Shown here: positions 36,118 through 49,354 of the stretch, piece by piece
Layout: every line of letters starts with the position of its first letter
Numbering within the stretch: position 1 is the stretch's first letter
Assembly: GCA_977030845.1 (NCBI GenBank)
Contig: OZ365111.1
Location: 43,028,001-43,092,000, forward strand
DNA length: 64,000 bases
Reading direction: 5' to 3'
Source: Fimbriosthenelais zetlandica
Taxonomy: Eukaryota
The notes under the pieces: generated by a model
Told to the model about the DNA's origin: nothing
Database searches by the model: none
The model's input: the letters and a program-made list of their open reading frames with translations, nothing else
Position numbers and translations under genes: made by a program

Positions 36118-38855
36118 TAAGACACTTGAAAAAGTATTTTTATCATTGACTATAATATATTGTATTTATTCCATGTTGTTGAAGATTATGATCTATATAA
36201 TTTACTCGCGAGGTACATCCCAAAATCCATGGAATGAATTAACCTGGGGTTTGTTACTTGCCTCAAAATAAACTGCTAACCAAAGAAAATGTGATATATC
36301 TATGTAGACATTGATTGTCGATCATTATGAAAATAAAACTATATTATATAAAGTTTGAATGCAATGTTATTGATTCATCTGCAAAAGTATATCTAACTTT
36401 AGTCTGTAGACTTTTGAATTCATAAATTATATAGACGCCTCAAATTTGAATTTAAGAAATAAAGCTGAATTTAATCTATCGATAACACTTAGCTTCTGTG
36501 GGTCACTGCAGAACCATATAAAAGGCTAAAGTATTGTGCAATGATCCCATGGAATAAATGTTTACTTGGGGCCACATTTTATCCTATTTGGGAGGCTTAC
36601 TGCAGGAGTGTTATATAAGATGGCTTGGCTTGAGCTCAGAGCAAGAGCTGAAATTGCGTTCTTTGAGAAATGGCTGAGACCAGGCCATGGACCCAAGGCT
36701 ATGATTCTAAATGAAGATATCAGTTCCGAGGTGGCCATAAGACCTAACCTCAGTCGTCTATAGACCACTGGTGGCGGACCCATTATAGACCAGCATTGCC
36801 CCATTCATCTCCACCAAACAGGGATATATAACATGGGCTGGAGGCATTTTTACACAGTAAATGTCACAATACTTTACATTGTGCTCAGGCCAGGTGCAGT
36901 TAGTACATCAGCACTATATTATTTCTCATAGTATTTGTATTTGTTCACATTTCTAATATGTTTCAGCCACTGGACAGTGTGTTATGTCATTTGGTCAATA
37001 TATAAATAATTTTATATTTCATATTCTCAGTACTAATACTTTTCTACTGATGAATACGTATAAAGTATGATACTTTATGAACCTTTTAATTCTAGGCACC
37101 CATTTAGATTTTAACCATTGATCAGAATTTCAACCTGGGGAGACTTGTGAGTGGAAAAAGTGGGAAAAGAATCTACTGGAATATTTCAGACCACACGCTA
37201 ACATGCAGTCACATAATATACGAACCATTGATATATAGGCCTACATCTATTCATTTTAGTAGTTGGCAATGTTCACAAATCACTAATGTTCATTCAATCC
37301 ATTCACCATCTCCAACAAAAAGTTCAAATGAATCAGCAGAAACATCTCAAATATTTCCCCTTTCTGATTTATTTTTTACCAGCCACCTTGGCGTCAGCTG
37401 AAGCCTCTTTTCAGCATCTCTTTCTCCCATAAAACAGAATTATATGATAAGGTTACATCTGATCTTAAATTGTGGGCTTTGCTGCGCTTTCTAATGCCCC
37501 TGTCACACATATGCGCTTTTAATCTTTCTTACTCATCATGTACTTCAAGTGAATGAAAGGTCTCTGAGAACAATTTGATTTACACTGTGGAAGTTCGAGA
37601 TCAAGAACAGGAGAGTCGCCATGAGTGACCTTGAGAGCCGACCTAGTGCGTTCCAAGTGCGTATCAGGGATTTAGCAATAATGCATAGAGGGTCACCGAA
37701 AGTGGAAACTTACTGAGAGCATATAGTGTATAAATTAAGAATGCAGAGATCGCAGTGTGTGCCCATTGTGAACAAACTGGGTACAACATATAGGATCATG
37801 ACCTGTGTAATATTTATAAGCGAGTCAAGAGTCACTGTCTTCTGGAATGCAGAGCAGAATGCAATATAGTGTGACAGGGGTTTAACGTTGGTGTCTAGGT
37901 TTTGTCATGCCACCCGTCGCCTATTCACTACCATTCACGGTCCGCTCCCCTCAGCTGTCATTACCTATATCTGTAAATAGCAGGCAATTCATGCCAGCAA
38001 AAGCCTCCCGACCGGCACCATGGGGCATTCCCATGTGCTCATCTATTATCAAACTTTCAACGGCTTCAACAGCTCAGATAGAAAAATGGAATAGAAATAT
38101 GGAAGAAAAAATATCCAGGCGTGGGAAAAGTGCAGTGTAATATTTTCGCAGCTTCGAATTATAGTGAAGGGGACAAATAGCTTTTATATATTTAAATATA
38201 AATAAATCAACCTGTAGATGGATCTCTTACTCATTGGAAGTTCTCAGGGGAAATTGGATTTTCATTGATTTCCAGCTGAAATCTGGATGTATACACTACA
38301 TGTATATAAGCAAAAATAAGTGCACCACAAAAATATATTGGTAAAAATAAATGTCACATAAATAGGCCAATCTATCAGAGACATACTGCATAGCAATAAC
38401 AAAAAATGTAAAAGCATGCAAGGCCCGGAGATAATGGGCTGATGGGGAGGAGGGTGTGTGATGGTTGGAGTAGGGAAAATACTGGGCAGGTGTTCTAAAC
38501 AAGATAAGGTATAGTCAGTGGACGGTGAGGTGGGGTGCTGGCGAGCTAGGGGGAGAGTGAGGGAGAGGGAGAAAAAAGGAGGTGGAAAGGGAGGGGAATA
38601 TACAGAAACTGGGGAAAAGGGGAGGATGGCATTTTCAGGGGCAATTTTAAAGAGAGCAATTTGTTTTCCAAATCAATGTTTAATTCATGGATCGGCTGAG
38701 TATTGTGCCTTCACTACACCGGTTTATTTAATTAATGATTTAAGACTTGGGAATAAAGAACATCTCATCTGTATTATCCACTCCAATGTTCCTCCCAATA
38801 CTGCCCCCGCCCCCCACTAAATACCAGTCGGATTTCAGAACAGTGCCGTACAAGA

Positions 38856-39167
38856 CAGTGAAATCTCGCTTAAAGACCACTCACTAAAGCGACTAACTCA
38901 TGGTCAGAAATATTTTAACACCAATATATAAGACATACTCAATAAAGCGACCATCTCATTATACGACCATGGTCAGGAGCAAATATTTTAATGCCACGAA
39001 GTCATACTCACTAAAGTGACCATCTCACTATGTGACAACTAAATCATTGTCAGAACCAAATATTTCACTAACTATGAGACATAAACTCACTTAAGTGACC
39101 ATCTCACAATACGACCACAATCCGTTCATTCCCATGCCTGGGTGGTCGCATTAGTGAGGTTCCACTG
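38856..39167. mobile_element. Tc1/mariner(pogo)-type MITE with internal tandem repeats
   Basis: Left TIR CAGTGAAATCTCGCTTAAAGACCAC, right GTGGTCGCATTAGTGAGGTTCCACTG. Internal tactcactaaagcgaccatctc units are the reverse complement of the 14681-14984 array. Confidence 0.7.
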
Positions 39168-39883
39168 TCGTTCCTTCATAATGCCTGGTATAGGAGTTGC
39201 CGGACTGGAGACACAGACCTGACTAGCCTGCCTCCCGCCAACCCAAGACCAGCCAGTCACATCCATTGTGACAAGCAAGGGAGAAGGAACTGTGGTCTCA
39301 TCTACAACCCCTCCCATACATAGAGCACATGGACGGTTTATAGCCTACAAACACTACTCATTGAATATCATAAACCAAGTGATACACAGGCGTCAGTGAT
39401 ATATATGTAGGACCTGTTCAAATTACCATCTCATTCCATTACACCACTCCCTTTCACTATTCCCACTTTAGTGTCAAGCGCTGGCTGGCCTCGCATCAAA
39501 GCTTTCTTGTAGTTAACTGTGCAGGAATTGATTTTATTAACATTTTGTTTTCTGTTTTTCCAGCTATAGGGTGGAGTACGTTGCGAGGTGTTACGCCTCG
39601 TGTCTATGGGCAACAGTCAACTTAAAGTGTTACATATATTGATATTATTTGATACCTACTTGGATCCGATCCCGACTGGGATCCATTAGGAATTACCTCC
39701 CATATGGATTAAGTGTTACAAAGAAAAAATAAGATCCATACTCAAATCGGATTACAAGATGAGATTTGCGGATTACATCTATATGTGACCTGAGGTCAGC
39801 TTAGGATTAAGTGCATGGATCTCAGTGTGTTGTTCAATGGTGTTAATTAAAACAAACTGAAAAGGAAATCTAGAATTGCAAAC

Positions 39884-40013
39884 ATGATGCGGCAGATGTA
39901 TAACAGTTTCAGTAGCGATGCTGTTAATATGTTAGCTAATAACGCAGGCCTGGGACATATACCAGAGGAGGACGAAGATCACCATCCATTCCAACTACAT
40001 ACCAGCTTCTCCA
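39884..40013 (+). CDS. Putative first coding exon of an unidentified gene (MMRQMYNSFSSDAVNMLANNAGLGHIPEEDEDHHPFQLHTSFS)
   Basis: In-frame stop upstream, 43 open codons, strong donor A|gtaagt (phase 1), strong acceptor ttttgttttctgtttttccag at 39562. No homology recognised. Confidence 0.45.
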
Positions 40014-43000
40014 GTAAGTTACTTTTTAAAATTTCAATTGAAGGCATTGGCCTGTGCTTTTAGCTTGCTGAATGCATGGACTGCATAGTGCATCCCCTAG
40101 ATTGCAGCTCCCATTTCTGTATTTATTTGCGTAACTTTAAAAAATTGACGTTAGGTTATATAATGTCCAAGTGCAAGTCCAGAAAACTTAAAATATTTTG
40201 TCATAATTTGTTCATGGGAGATTTTCTTAAATAGAATCAACGAAATTGCCCTGGTGCAGGTAGGTTATTATTGCCATTATTGCCATTATCACCGAACCTG
40301 TCCTTATACAGAATCATATTTTTAGTTTATCTCTGGTACACCACTTTTGGCAGCACCTAATATTAATACTGTTATAGATGTAAGATCTTATGTGAGACTG
40401 GAACTTAGCAATAGCTAAGACTATTTCCCAAACTTAAACCTTCGTCAAACAGAATGAATCAAGGTGAAATTGGAATGAAGTTTAACCCACATCGATCGGC
40501 GATAGTGCCGCCTTAAAATGTAATGTTTCTTTAATAAGACTGACAAAGAGGTATTGTAAAGGAAAAGATTGAATAAATACATATGAAAGGTTGTGGGAGA
40601 GCCTATAGGGAGGTAAATCTCTTTTAGTTGGGAACGTATTGGCTGTATAGTTCTAAGTTGACAACCTCCTCCGCATTTCCACCAAACAATTATCCATCAC
40701 AAAATCTTTTCAGTCCTCTTTGTCATGAGGCCTTCATTGATGGGATTCACTGGAGCATAGCTTTACTGCTCCCTTGTGGGGGAGGGCGGAGAGGAAAGAA
40801 TAACTACCCTCTCCACGTCCCCCCACCCCCTCTCCCTCCTATAGACTGCCCCCACCCACTATATTGTCTCTCCCCTACCCATTCTTTCTCTGTCTTTCTC
40901 TTGCTCTCTCTCATACTCACTCCTTCTCTCCCCCTAGTCAAATCGGCCCCAGTTAGGCCTCTGTAGGCCTGCAAGGTATACCGAATCCCAAATCAGGGCC
41001 CCACGCTAAGAAGGAAAAAGACTCAAACACGTAGACGTCTTTCCATGCTGATTTCTCAATAATCTCCCCATTGACATTGTATTTTTTCCGCGTGAAATGA
41101 TTTAAACATTGCTTATAATGGATCTTATGCCATTTTTAAGAAATTTATCAGAAGCAAAAGATGACAAATTGACAAAATAAAACTGTTAATATTTTACTAC
41201 TATTTACTACTAGGACGACGGTTCTCGAACACAACCAATATAATCCATGGGGTACTTCCAACTAAACTGGGTGTGATGTTTGTGCTCAATGTTCACCGTC
41301 TTACTGTTCCTCAGCATTTTATGTTCAAAAAGACATCCTTTTAAAGACATTTATTAAACAAGGTGAAGTTACTGTACTAAAAGCAACATTATAAAGCATC
41401 CATAGCCTCGCCTTGTCCTTGACATAGAGCCCGGGTATAGACTATATATTATAGGCATCCACTTTGCTTTCAAGTACCTTGCCCCTACTCCCCTACCGGG
41501 TCTCGTTTTCAAACCGTGACCACTGATCTGTGAAAATTCCATTCAAACAATTATAACTCAGTGATTGGGTATCAACAACTTCCATAGCCTAAAGCTTATT
41601 TTGCCTGGTCAACATAGAGAAAAAACATTGGGTCATTCATTTAGGGTAAAACCACCACAGCATATATACGCCATAGACTTCCCATTCGCACACTGGACTA
41701 CCCTGAACAAGACAAAGTTCTTCACTGAATGATTTATCCCCATTTCTTTTACAAGTGCACTACGGTACGTCTATATTTGCAACAATGATCTACACGATGT
41801 TTTTTTACTGCCATGCATCTTGTAAACCTGCTACTGCTATATCCCTATAATACACATTAAATTAAATTTCAGTCACACACAATTTTCGGCAATGTTATAA
41901 ACAATTAACCATGCCTATACAATCTCTTTTTCCCTTTTCTAGGCCTATTCTAACTCCACTCATTCATTTGACATTGCTCTAATATGCCCTATTTAATTCA
42001 AGATAGTCTTTTTCCTATATATCGTATGGTTTACGAAAAAACAAAATCTAAAGTCTCCGTTGTATGTGAACAATTTAAATCTTCAGTTGCATTTTATTTT
42101 ATAAAGAGGCGGCACTGTAATAATTGTTTTTTTAACTCACTTTCCATGGTCAATATCCACACATTGATTCCCTATATAATTGTCATATTCACTTAACCCA
42201 CAGCAAATCTATTGCCTTTGCGTTTGATGACAATTATGTTACGAGACATTGTTATACATACCAATGTCAGGGCCTGCATTTACAAATACGTTACTGATAT
42301 TTGTACCAGTAACAAGGGTATTTACTTGGCCTAACGGGTGACAGAAAAGATTATAATTGATTGTTTTGCATAAGTACTTTTGATAATTAGCAGATGGAAA
42401 TATAGGAATGAGTTGATTTGGTAGGTTTAATGAAATTCAGAAATGTTTCTCTTTTACCTATCATAATTAGGTTAGAATATACAGCCTATACTCATTGAGG
42501 TTTAATGATGTGTCTTATCTCCTTCTCTTTCCCCCACCCTCTCCCTCTCCCCCCCCCCCCCCCCCACCCCTTCCTCTTCCTCCCCCTTTCCCCTCTCTAC
42601 CTGCACCATCCCTATGTGTTTCACAACTTCTCAGTATGATCTCTGCTTCTTACTTCACATATTCTGTACTACTCTCTTGTCCGCCTATGATGACTATATT
42701 GTATGTGCCTTCAACTACTTACCCTCAGTCTCACAACCTTTTCTATATATTATAAATTTAGTTCTGATATTCATGATCATTATCATACATATAAAATGCC
42801 ATTCATGTTCATAACACATGTTCAGCAGTCATCATTGTACCATTGGAATTGTATTGGCCAGAATTTGATTGCTAACAAATCCCTGGTACATTGCCCATGT
42901 CAGCAATGATTAAAATTAGTTGTCAAAATGTTTCTAAATAAATGTGAAGCGTTTTCACTAAATGAGTATAAAGTTTTCCAGGCCCTTTCAGCGCTACATG

Positions 43001-44223
43001 CCTGAAAGCATTTATTTCTCTTTGCATTTTTGCATTAAAAGCAAGTATACAATTTCTTTACTATTTTTCTGAGTTAAATTGAGAAAGGTTCAACTTTGTG
43101 CGTTTTCTCTTGTTTCATAGTGATTTTTCTTCTAGTTTCTGCTTTCACTACTTGAAATTTCATTGAAATTATCTAACTATTTTTCACATCTCTAAGCGTT
43201 ATTTTGTCATTATATATATCATTATAACACTTGTAATCTCTATAAGAATCTAACAACTAACTCAAAATCAATTTTTGTAACTTTAGATTCATTAATGAGA
43301 ACATGTCACAAATGTCTGCTCACACAAAACCCTACAGGTATGCACATGAGCGATACCGCCAGGTTCGCGTAGCTGTGCATACCGCCAATTCCCCAAAACA
43401 CCACTTCTTTTCACATTTTATTTAAATATGCCTCCATAGACACACACACGAAATAGCCTATGTCAATGGCTTCAGTTTGAAGTTCCACTGGTTAAGGATC
43501 TTGTTTTGTAGATTAAATAAGGTATATTGGCAGGTCTACATTGGTAAATTTTCACATGTGTCACAAGTACACAACAAACTTTACTATTGAAAGATTTTGT
43601 CTGGTGGTTATTCATGTTTGGAAATGGTCATTGCTTGTAGAATATGGAATCCACCATCATTATGCAGCATTATGTACCATGGGACTTCTTGGGTATGCCT
43701 AGTACTATGTTTCTATCAAACTTTTGCCCCACTTTCAAAAATAGACATGTAGAGATTCTAGTAGGCCTACTCAATAGGCCTATATTATACAGGATTTGTA
43801 TAAAACAATTTGAAAATACTTTCTTCAATGGGCCAACAGAGTAGTTATGGTTTTCGATTTCTTTATTTTGCATAATCGGCTGTCAGTTTATTATTCAGAT
43901 CTATACAGATAGATCGACAAGCTCCTGTAAGTGGACTGCCACCCTATTAGGCTTGGCTGCATGCAGTGGGACATTCGTTGTGTCCTGTATTGTTGGGCCA
44001 TTACTTTAAGTGCATGCACCTGTTGCAAAATAATTGGATATAGGCCTAAGATGAGAGTTCATAACTGTATAATAAGAAGATCCCATTATCTCTAGGTACA
44101 GAATCCTTTGTGCATGGGTGTTAACCCCATCCCATGTCCTTCCCCATGCCTGACCAGTCAAAATAAACACCAAGGTATCTATAGGTTCCACAGGCCTATT
44201 ACGCTGGACAGTCTCTCCCCCAG

Positions 44224-44226
<3 letters not shown>

Positions 44227-44283
<57 letters not shown>
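44227..44283. repeat. (CT)n microsatellite within a long pyrimidine tract (to about 44580)
   Basis: Visible run. Confidence 0.95.
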
Positions 44284-45243
44284 TGTGACTCTCTCTCTCT
44301 TGCTCTATCCCACACTCTTTCTCTCCTATAAACTCTCTCTACCCCACCCACTCTCGCACATCCCTTCCTCTCTTATATCTCTCCTTCTCTCTCCGATAGA
44401 CTCTCTCTCCCCCACCCACTCTTTCTCGTGCTCTTCCCCACTCTCTTCTCGGCTCCCATCTCACCCAGACTCTCTTCTCGGCTCTCATGTCAAGCTCCCC
44501 CCCACCCACCCCAACCCATCTCATACTTACCCCCTCTCTGCGCCCCCCCCCCCCTTCTAAGTTGTATCTCTCACTCTCTCCCAGTGACTGTTCCACAGAT
44601 ATTATATTATATATATATGGGACTGAACAGTAAAAAGGGCGGACATAACTGACTCTTACCGCGCTATTGATGTGATTCAATCTGAGCCTGTATAATTGGA
44701 AGGCTGGGACATGAGAATATTACCGGCCACAGATTCTCTCAGGGAATGTAAACATTGATATAATACACTGGTTGTCCATTAGATAAACAGCGCGAGTCAC
44801 TCTGGGAAACTGTCAACAGGTATTTTCCTACAGGATTTTTGGGTTCGGGGGTTGGGGGCTGCTGCATAACACTAGAGATTACATTTGGTGGTCCAAATTT
44901 AAATTTATAAAACTATATATAAACTATTTATAAAACTATAGTGGTCAATCAATACAAATTAAAATTTACTTAGTAAGGAAAATAACGCAGTTTTAAAACT
45001 ACCCAAACGGACCACCCATTTTCTAAATTTGGTGGCGAGAATGGAAAAGTGGTACCGTGGTGTTCAAGCCCTGTATTTGATATCTATCATTTAAATATAT
45101 TTCAAAAAATGATTTGAGGAGGTAAAATGGTACTTATCACGTACCGTATCAGATTTTTAGAAAATCAAACCAAAGATTAGAAATGGAAATAAATAAATCA
45201 TTATTATCCAAATTATTTTATTTAAGTTGAAAATTACACTGAC

Positions 45244-46343
45244 CTTTTTCCTTGAGTCTTTTATCGCTTCTGATCCCATCTCTTCTCCCCCTTTTCCACT
45301 GGAGATTAAGGATGGTTTAGCCTCTTCTACTTTATCTCGCCTATCTTCATTGTCTGGGGGTTCTTTTTCCCACACCACCAGCTCCCCTGTGACTGGGTCT
45401 GGATCAATAAGTCGTGGTCGTTTATGGGGAACATCTTCTTGTTGATGACTTTCTTGGTAGTTAGGCGATTTTGATGTGTTTTCTATCTCTGTCTTGTCGT
45501 CACCCGCATATCTTGTGGCTTGTGTACTTGACTCACCACACTTGCCTCCTGTGTCCATCTGGAAGTTGTGTCTCTTGTCTATAATCTGAAAGTAGTATCG
45601 CATTCATCAGTATCGACTTCGTCGCCAATCATTTGTGACATTCAACTAGGCCTGCAGGGTTCATTCTAAATCCACACAAATTACATTCAAGGGCGGGGGC
45701 ACGCCCCCATCCCCACCTTTCAAAAAAACAACTCACAAGGCCTACTAGTACTACTACTAGTGAGACAATTGAGGTTTGTAAACCCCAATTTAATATTTTT
45801 TTATATGCACCCCTGACCCAGTCGCAGTCAATTTTAAATGTTTATCCGCACCTGCCCTAAACTGTAAAGACTATTTTGATTTAGACCTCGATCTATGACT
45901 ATGTAATATGACTATTTAAAAATTATTACAAAATTTATAGCGAGAATTTTATTCTTTAAAATTCAGCCCACAATCACCTGAGGCTGTGCTGTGGCTGATG
46001 TCATACCTATACAACACCACACCCCCCAACAGGCCCCCTCTAACTTCCATCATCCACTGGCACATAAAATACATGATTAACAGTTGCCTGGCTGTGATCC
46101 CCATCCCTACTGACTACTCCCAGTCTCTGCTGCATGTGTGAGTGTGTCAATACCGGTACACGCATCATCACGCTAAGTGCCAATTTAAAAGTGAGCCATA
46201 CTACGTTATCTTGAATGGTGTCATCACACAACTATACCCACAAATCATCCAAAACACTTTAAGTTTTCAGAAAACCGCATGATGTAAACTTATAATCACA
46301 CCTTTACACGTGTTCCAACTGTTTTTCTTGCTAAAGTCGACAT
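45244..46343 (-). CDS. Putative first two coding exons of an unidentified gene
   Basis: Exon 46302-46343 (MSTLARKTVGTRVK, AAG|gtgtga, phase 0) joins exon 45244-45585 (acceptor tactttcag; IIDKRHNFQMDTGG...HKRPRLIDPDPVTGELVVWEKEPP...DSRKK, AAG|gtcagt). The second exon has 114 open, charged/disordered codons. Later exons were not found. Confidence 0.45.
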
Positions 46344-46399
46344 CTACACCGCCGCCAATCTGAAATCCATTCAGGTTCCACAACGATAAATCAGGCGTG

Positions 46400-46732
46400 A
46401 CACCCCGCCCACGAATGCCATCTCCCGGTTATTTTCCCAACTAAAACATCTCACGATACCCAACCAAGATCAACCAAACATTGAGCACAACGCATTTCTT
46501 GGCTGTCTACTATTCCTCCACATTCGAGCAAACACACCCCAAGCACAGTTCCAAATTTTAGAAAGTGATAACAGGGTGTGAGCGGGACTGTCCTGAAGAC
46601 AGTGTTGTGTTACCCGGTGAGTGACCTAGATTAGTGACCCAGATTCCACTGGTGACGTCACACGGCAGGTGCCCGTATGATGACAACAGGGCCGCAGCCG
46701 GTGGCGCGTCAGTGCATCCAGCTTCCGAGGCT
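46400..46732. promoter_or_regulatory. Probable bidirectional CpG-rich promoter
   Basis: CCCCGCCC near 46403 and TGACGTCA 46653-46660; candidate start exons diverge on both sides (46343 minus, 46733 plus). Confidence 0.4.
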
Positions 46733-46745
46733 ATGGACGGGATAG
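46733..46745 (+). CDS. Putative start exon (MDGI, phase 1) of an unidentified large gene
   Basis: ATGGACGGGATAG|gtaagc downstream of a CRE. Phase-compatible candidates follow at 49323-49354 (DLRQICSGLAK) and 54005-54039 (INKCRIQNDDKP). Confidence 0.3.
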
Positions 46746-49322
46746 GTAAGCCTCTACAATAATTATCCATTTTTCTCCCTCTATCAATCTCTCTCACCAT
46801 TCATATTTCGTACATACCTGAATAAGATAACACTTGTCTGACTGGCTGAGTTTCAGCATTTATCACTCTGTTTTTGAGAAGTGGTGGTTGATTTGACAGC
46901 TGGAGTTGTGTTTTGGTTTGGGATGCAGATGGAAGGAGACTGAGAGCTGTCAGAGATGCTCAAGACATTTGAGGGGTGGTTGGGGTCATACTGTTTCTTC
47001 GTTTCTGACATTGTTTGCAACCTATACATTTCTCAGCTCACTCGTGCTATTGTCTATTGTGATGACAATGGGTTTTGATGTGGAATGGTGAACTTATTTC
47101 ACGGATCATTGCTCGTGCAGAAAATTTTTTATGTGTCGATATGTCAGACAGTCAAGTCAGTCAACAGGGTGCCAATCTACTTACTATAATTCGTGTGTAA
47201 TCTTCGGATGTAACGTAGAAATACCTTCCGTTTAAGTGGTGAAGTTCTAGTTGAGTATTTCCAAGTTAAATACCGATGTAATGGTTGAGGCTTGTTGTCA
47301 CTTTTAAATGAAAACTAATGAGATTATAAAACTGATAATAGACTACTAATAGTAATACTAATAGATACCGGTACCTGACTAGTTTTGTGTATTGGACAGA
47401 AAAGATATTTCATGTTTTTCCTGACAAATCAACCCCATAATATACTGAGAACCTTACAAGATATATGCAATTTGTAATCATTGAATTTAATCATTTAAGT
47501 TCGAAATATATATAACGAAAAGGTAGAGCTAGAATCTACATGGCAGGCTACAATTAGAGGAAAAAATCTACAGCAAAATTAATTAAAGAATGCTAAGATT
47601 TATCCTACAAATAGGCTACATTTTAGAAAGAATGAGATTGGTATTTAAATAGATGTCATTTTATTAGTTGGTGGGTGTTTTCGTCATGTTTCAAATTGTT
47701 GACCTGAATTTCCTGTTCCATGTTAGATATGACAAAATGATTTATAAGTGATATCGACTTTCACAACGGCAGGTGCAAAGTCCATAGATGGGTAGAAAAT
47801 TGGTGTCATGCATCACCTGCCTATCTTCCTATTCTATCGATTGTTGTGTGTGTCTGTTTGTGCATATATATGGACCATATGCCTGATATGGACCTATACC
47901 GTAGCTCCTAAGTCCTCTATTGAGTGTGTATAGCCAAATATTTGTACTTGTAATCTGTATGGAGAGGGGATATAAGTGGGCCTTTTTGTTCCCTCAAAAT
48001 CCACTCATAGTTTCCCTTTCTACTGGAATTTTAAAGCTATCTGATAAGATTAGTAAAGGATTGGTCTACTTCTTGATAAGCCCAGGTGTATAAAAGCTTA
48101 GGATACTTTGATGACAGAGTCCCTGTAGTGACATTATAGTGAACAGATATAATTTACCGGTACTAATAGCTTAGATAGTAAATATCTATCGTTATAAATG
48201 ATATCATTTTATGTCAATGTTACTCCTGTTGTAAAGGATATATCACTTTACTGCATGATGAATTGAATCGATTGTGGAGGTCCTATTTTTTAATAGGGTC
48301 TTTTTTAAGAAACTGATTTCATGATAAATTGATAAGGTAGATCTACCGGTAGCTGAAATAATGCGGACTGGACGTTAAAATACAAATTAATTAATTGGTA
48401 AGCCTATTACATAAGCCTAGGCCTATTACAAAGCCTTGAACACTGAATAGCCTAGAGCTATAGGCTATGAACTATGCTCAAACATGTATATGGTTTTCCG
48501 CTTCAATGGTGTCTACCAATGAAGTTTCATTGACCGTAATTAATGACCAATACAGTGTCATTGACTGACACTAATGGTACTTGGCTTTTAAGTGGGATGG
48601 CACCTTCTATAATAGACACCTCTCACAAAAAGTTAGAGATGCACTGTATTAAAACTATTAAAGTAAGATTTTGTCTATTTATTGAGTATGGAGTAACGGC
48701 ACTCATTTGCCCCTCTAAGTGCATATTTGGAGAATCCAGAAAACTATTATCATTTCTGTATAATATGACTAACTTTTTGTGAGTAGTGTAGGTACATGCC
48801 AATGGTGTTGAAGGTCACACATGTTGTGGAACTTTTACCCATGCTGACAGGACTTTGAAAGGCCTAACTGTTTTGGAGGCATTCCAAATGTGTTGTAGTG
48901 GCCATGTAGTATGTATGGACCATCCCATTTACCACCCTCACGTCTGCATTTATAAGTAACACCAGGGACCATTACTGAGATAATGCCCTAGTACTTAGCC
49001 TCAGGCCAATGAAAATTAACTTTCCTTTCTCTCACTTACTCTTTCCAAGATTAACGACATTTTTAAAGTGTCTACAATAGTACCATTAAGTGAGTAAATC
49101 CTTTGAAAGGACCAATGTTTTTATATGATATAAATATCTGGATAATAATATTAATACCATAAATTTTTCAAATCTAAGCCAATGCGTAATATTATCCAGA
49201 TGATCATTCAAATTAAAAACATAAAGTTTCTACCTTTCTGTGGGACCCATCGTTAACTCTCAATGTATAAAATAACTCCCATTATGACAATTATTTGGAT
49301 TATTTCTTCGCTTCATACTCAG

Positions 49323-49354
49323 ATCTTCGTCAGATATGTAGCGGATTGGCTAAG
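49323..49354 (+). CDS. Candidate 32-nt internal exon (DLRQICSGLAK)
   Basis: Acceptor tttcttcgcttcatactcag, donor AAG|gtcagg, open in phase 1-0. Confidence 0.3.

Noticed and set aside
36562-36804. GC-richer block with ORFs on both strands after the PhyH gene
   Set aside because: No recognisable motif, and it could not be linked by phase to any exon chain.
44660-44790. Third and fourth exons of the minus-strand orphan gene
   Set aside because: They would need a 36-nt intron, and read-through hits a stop codon.
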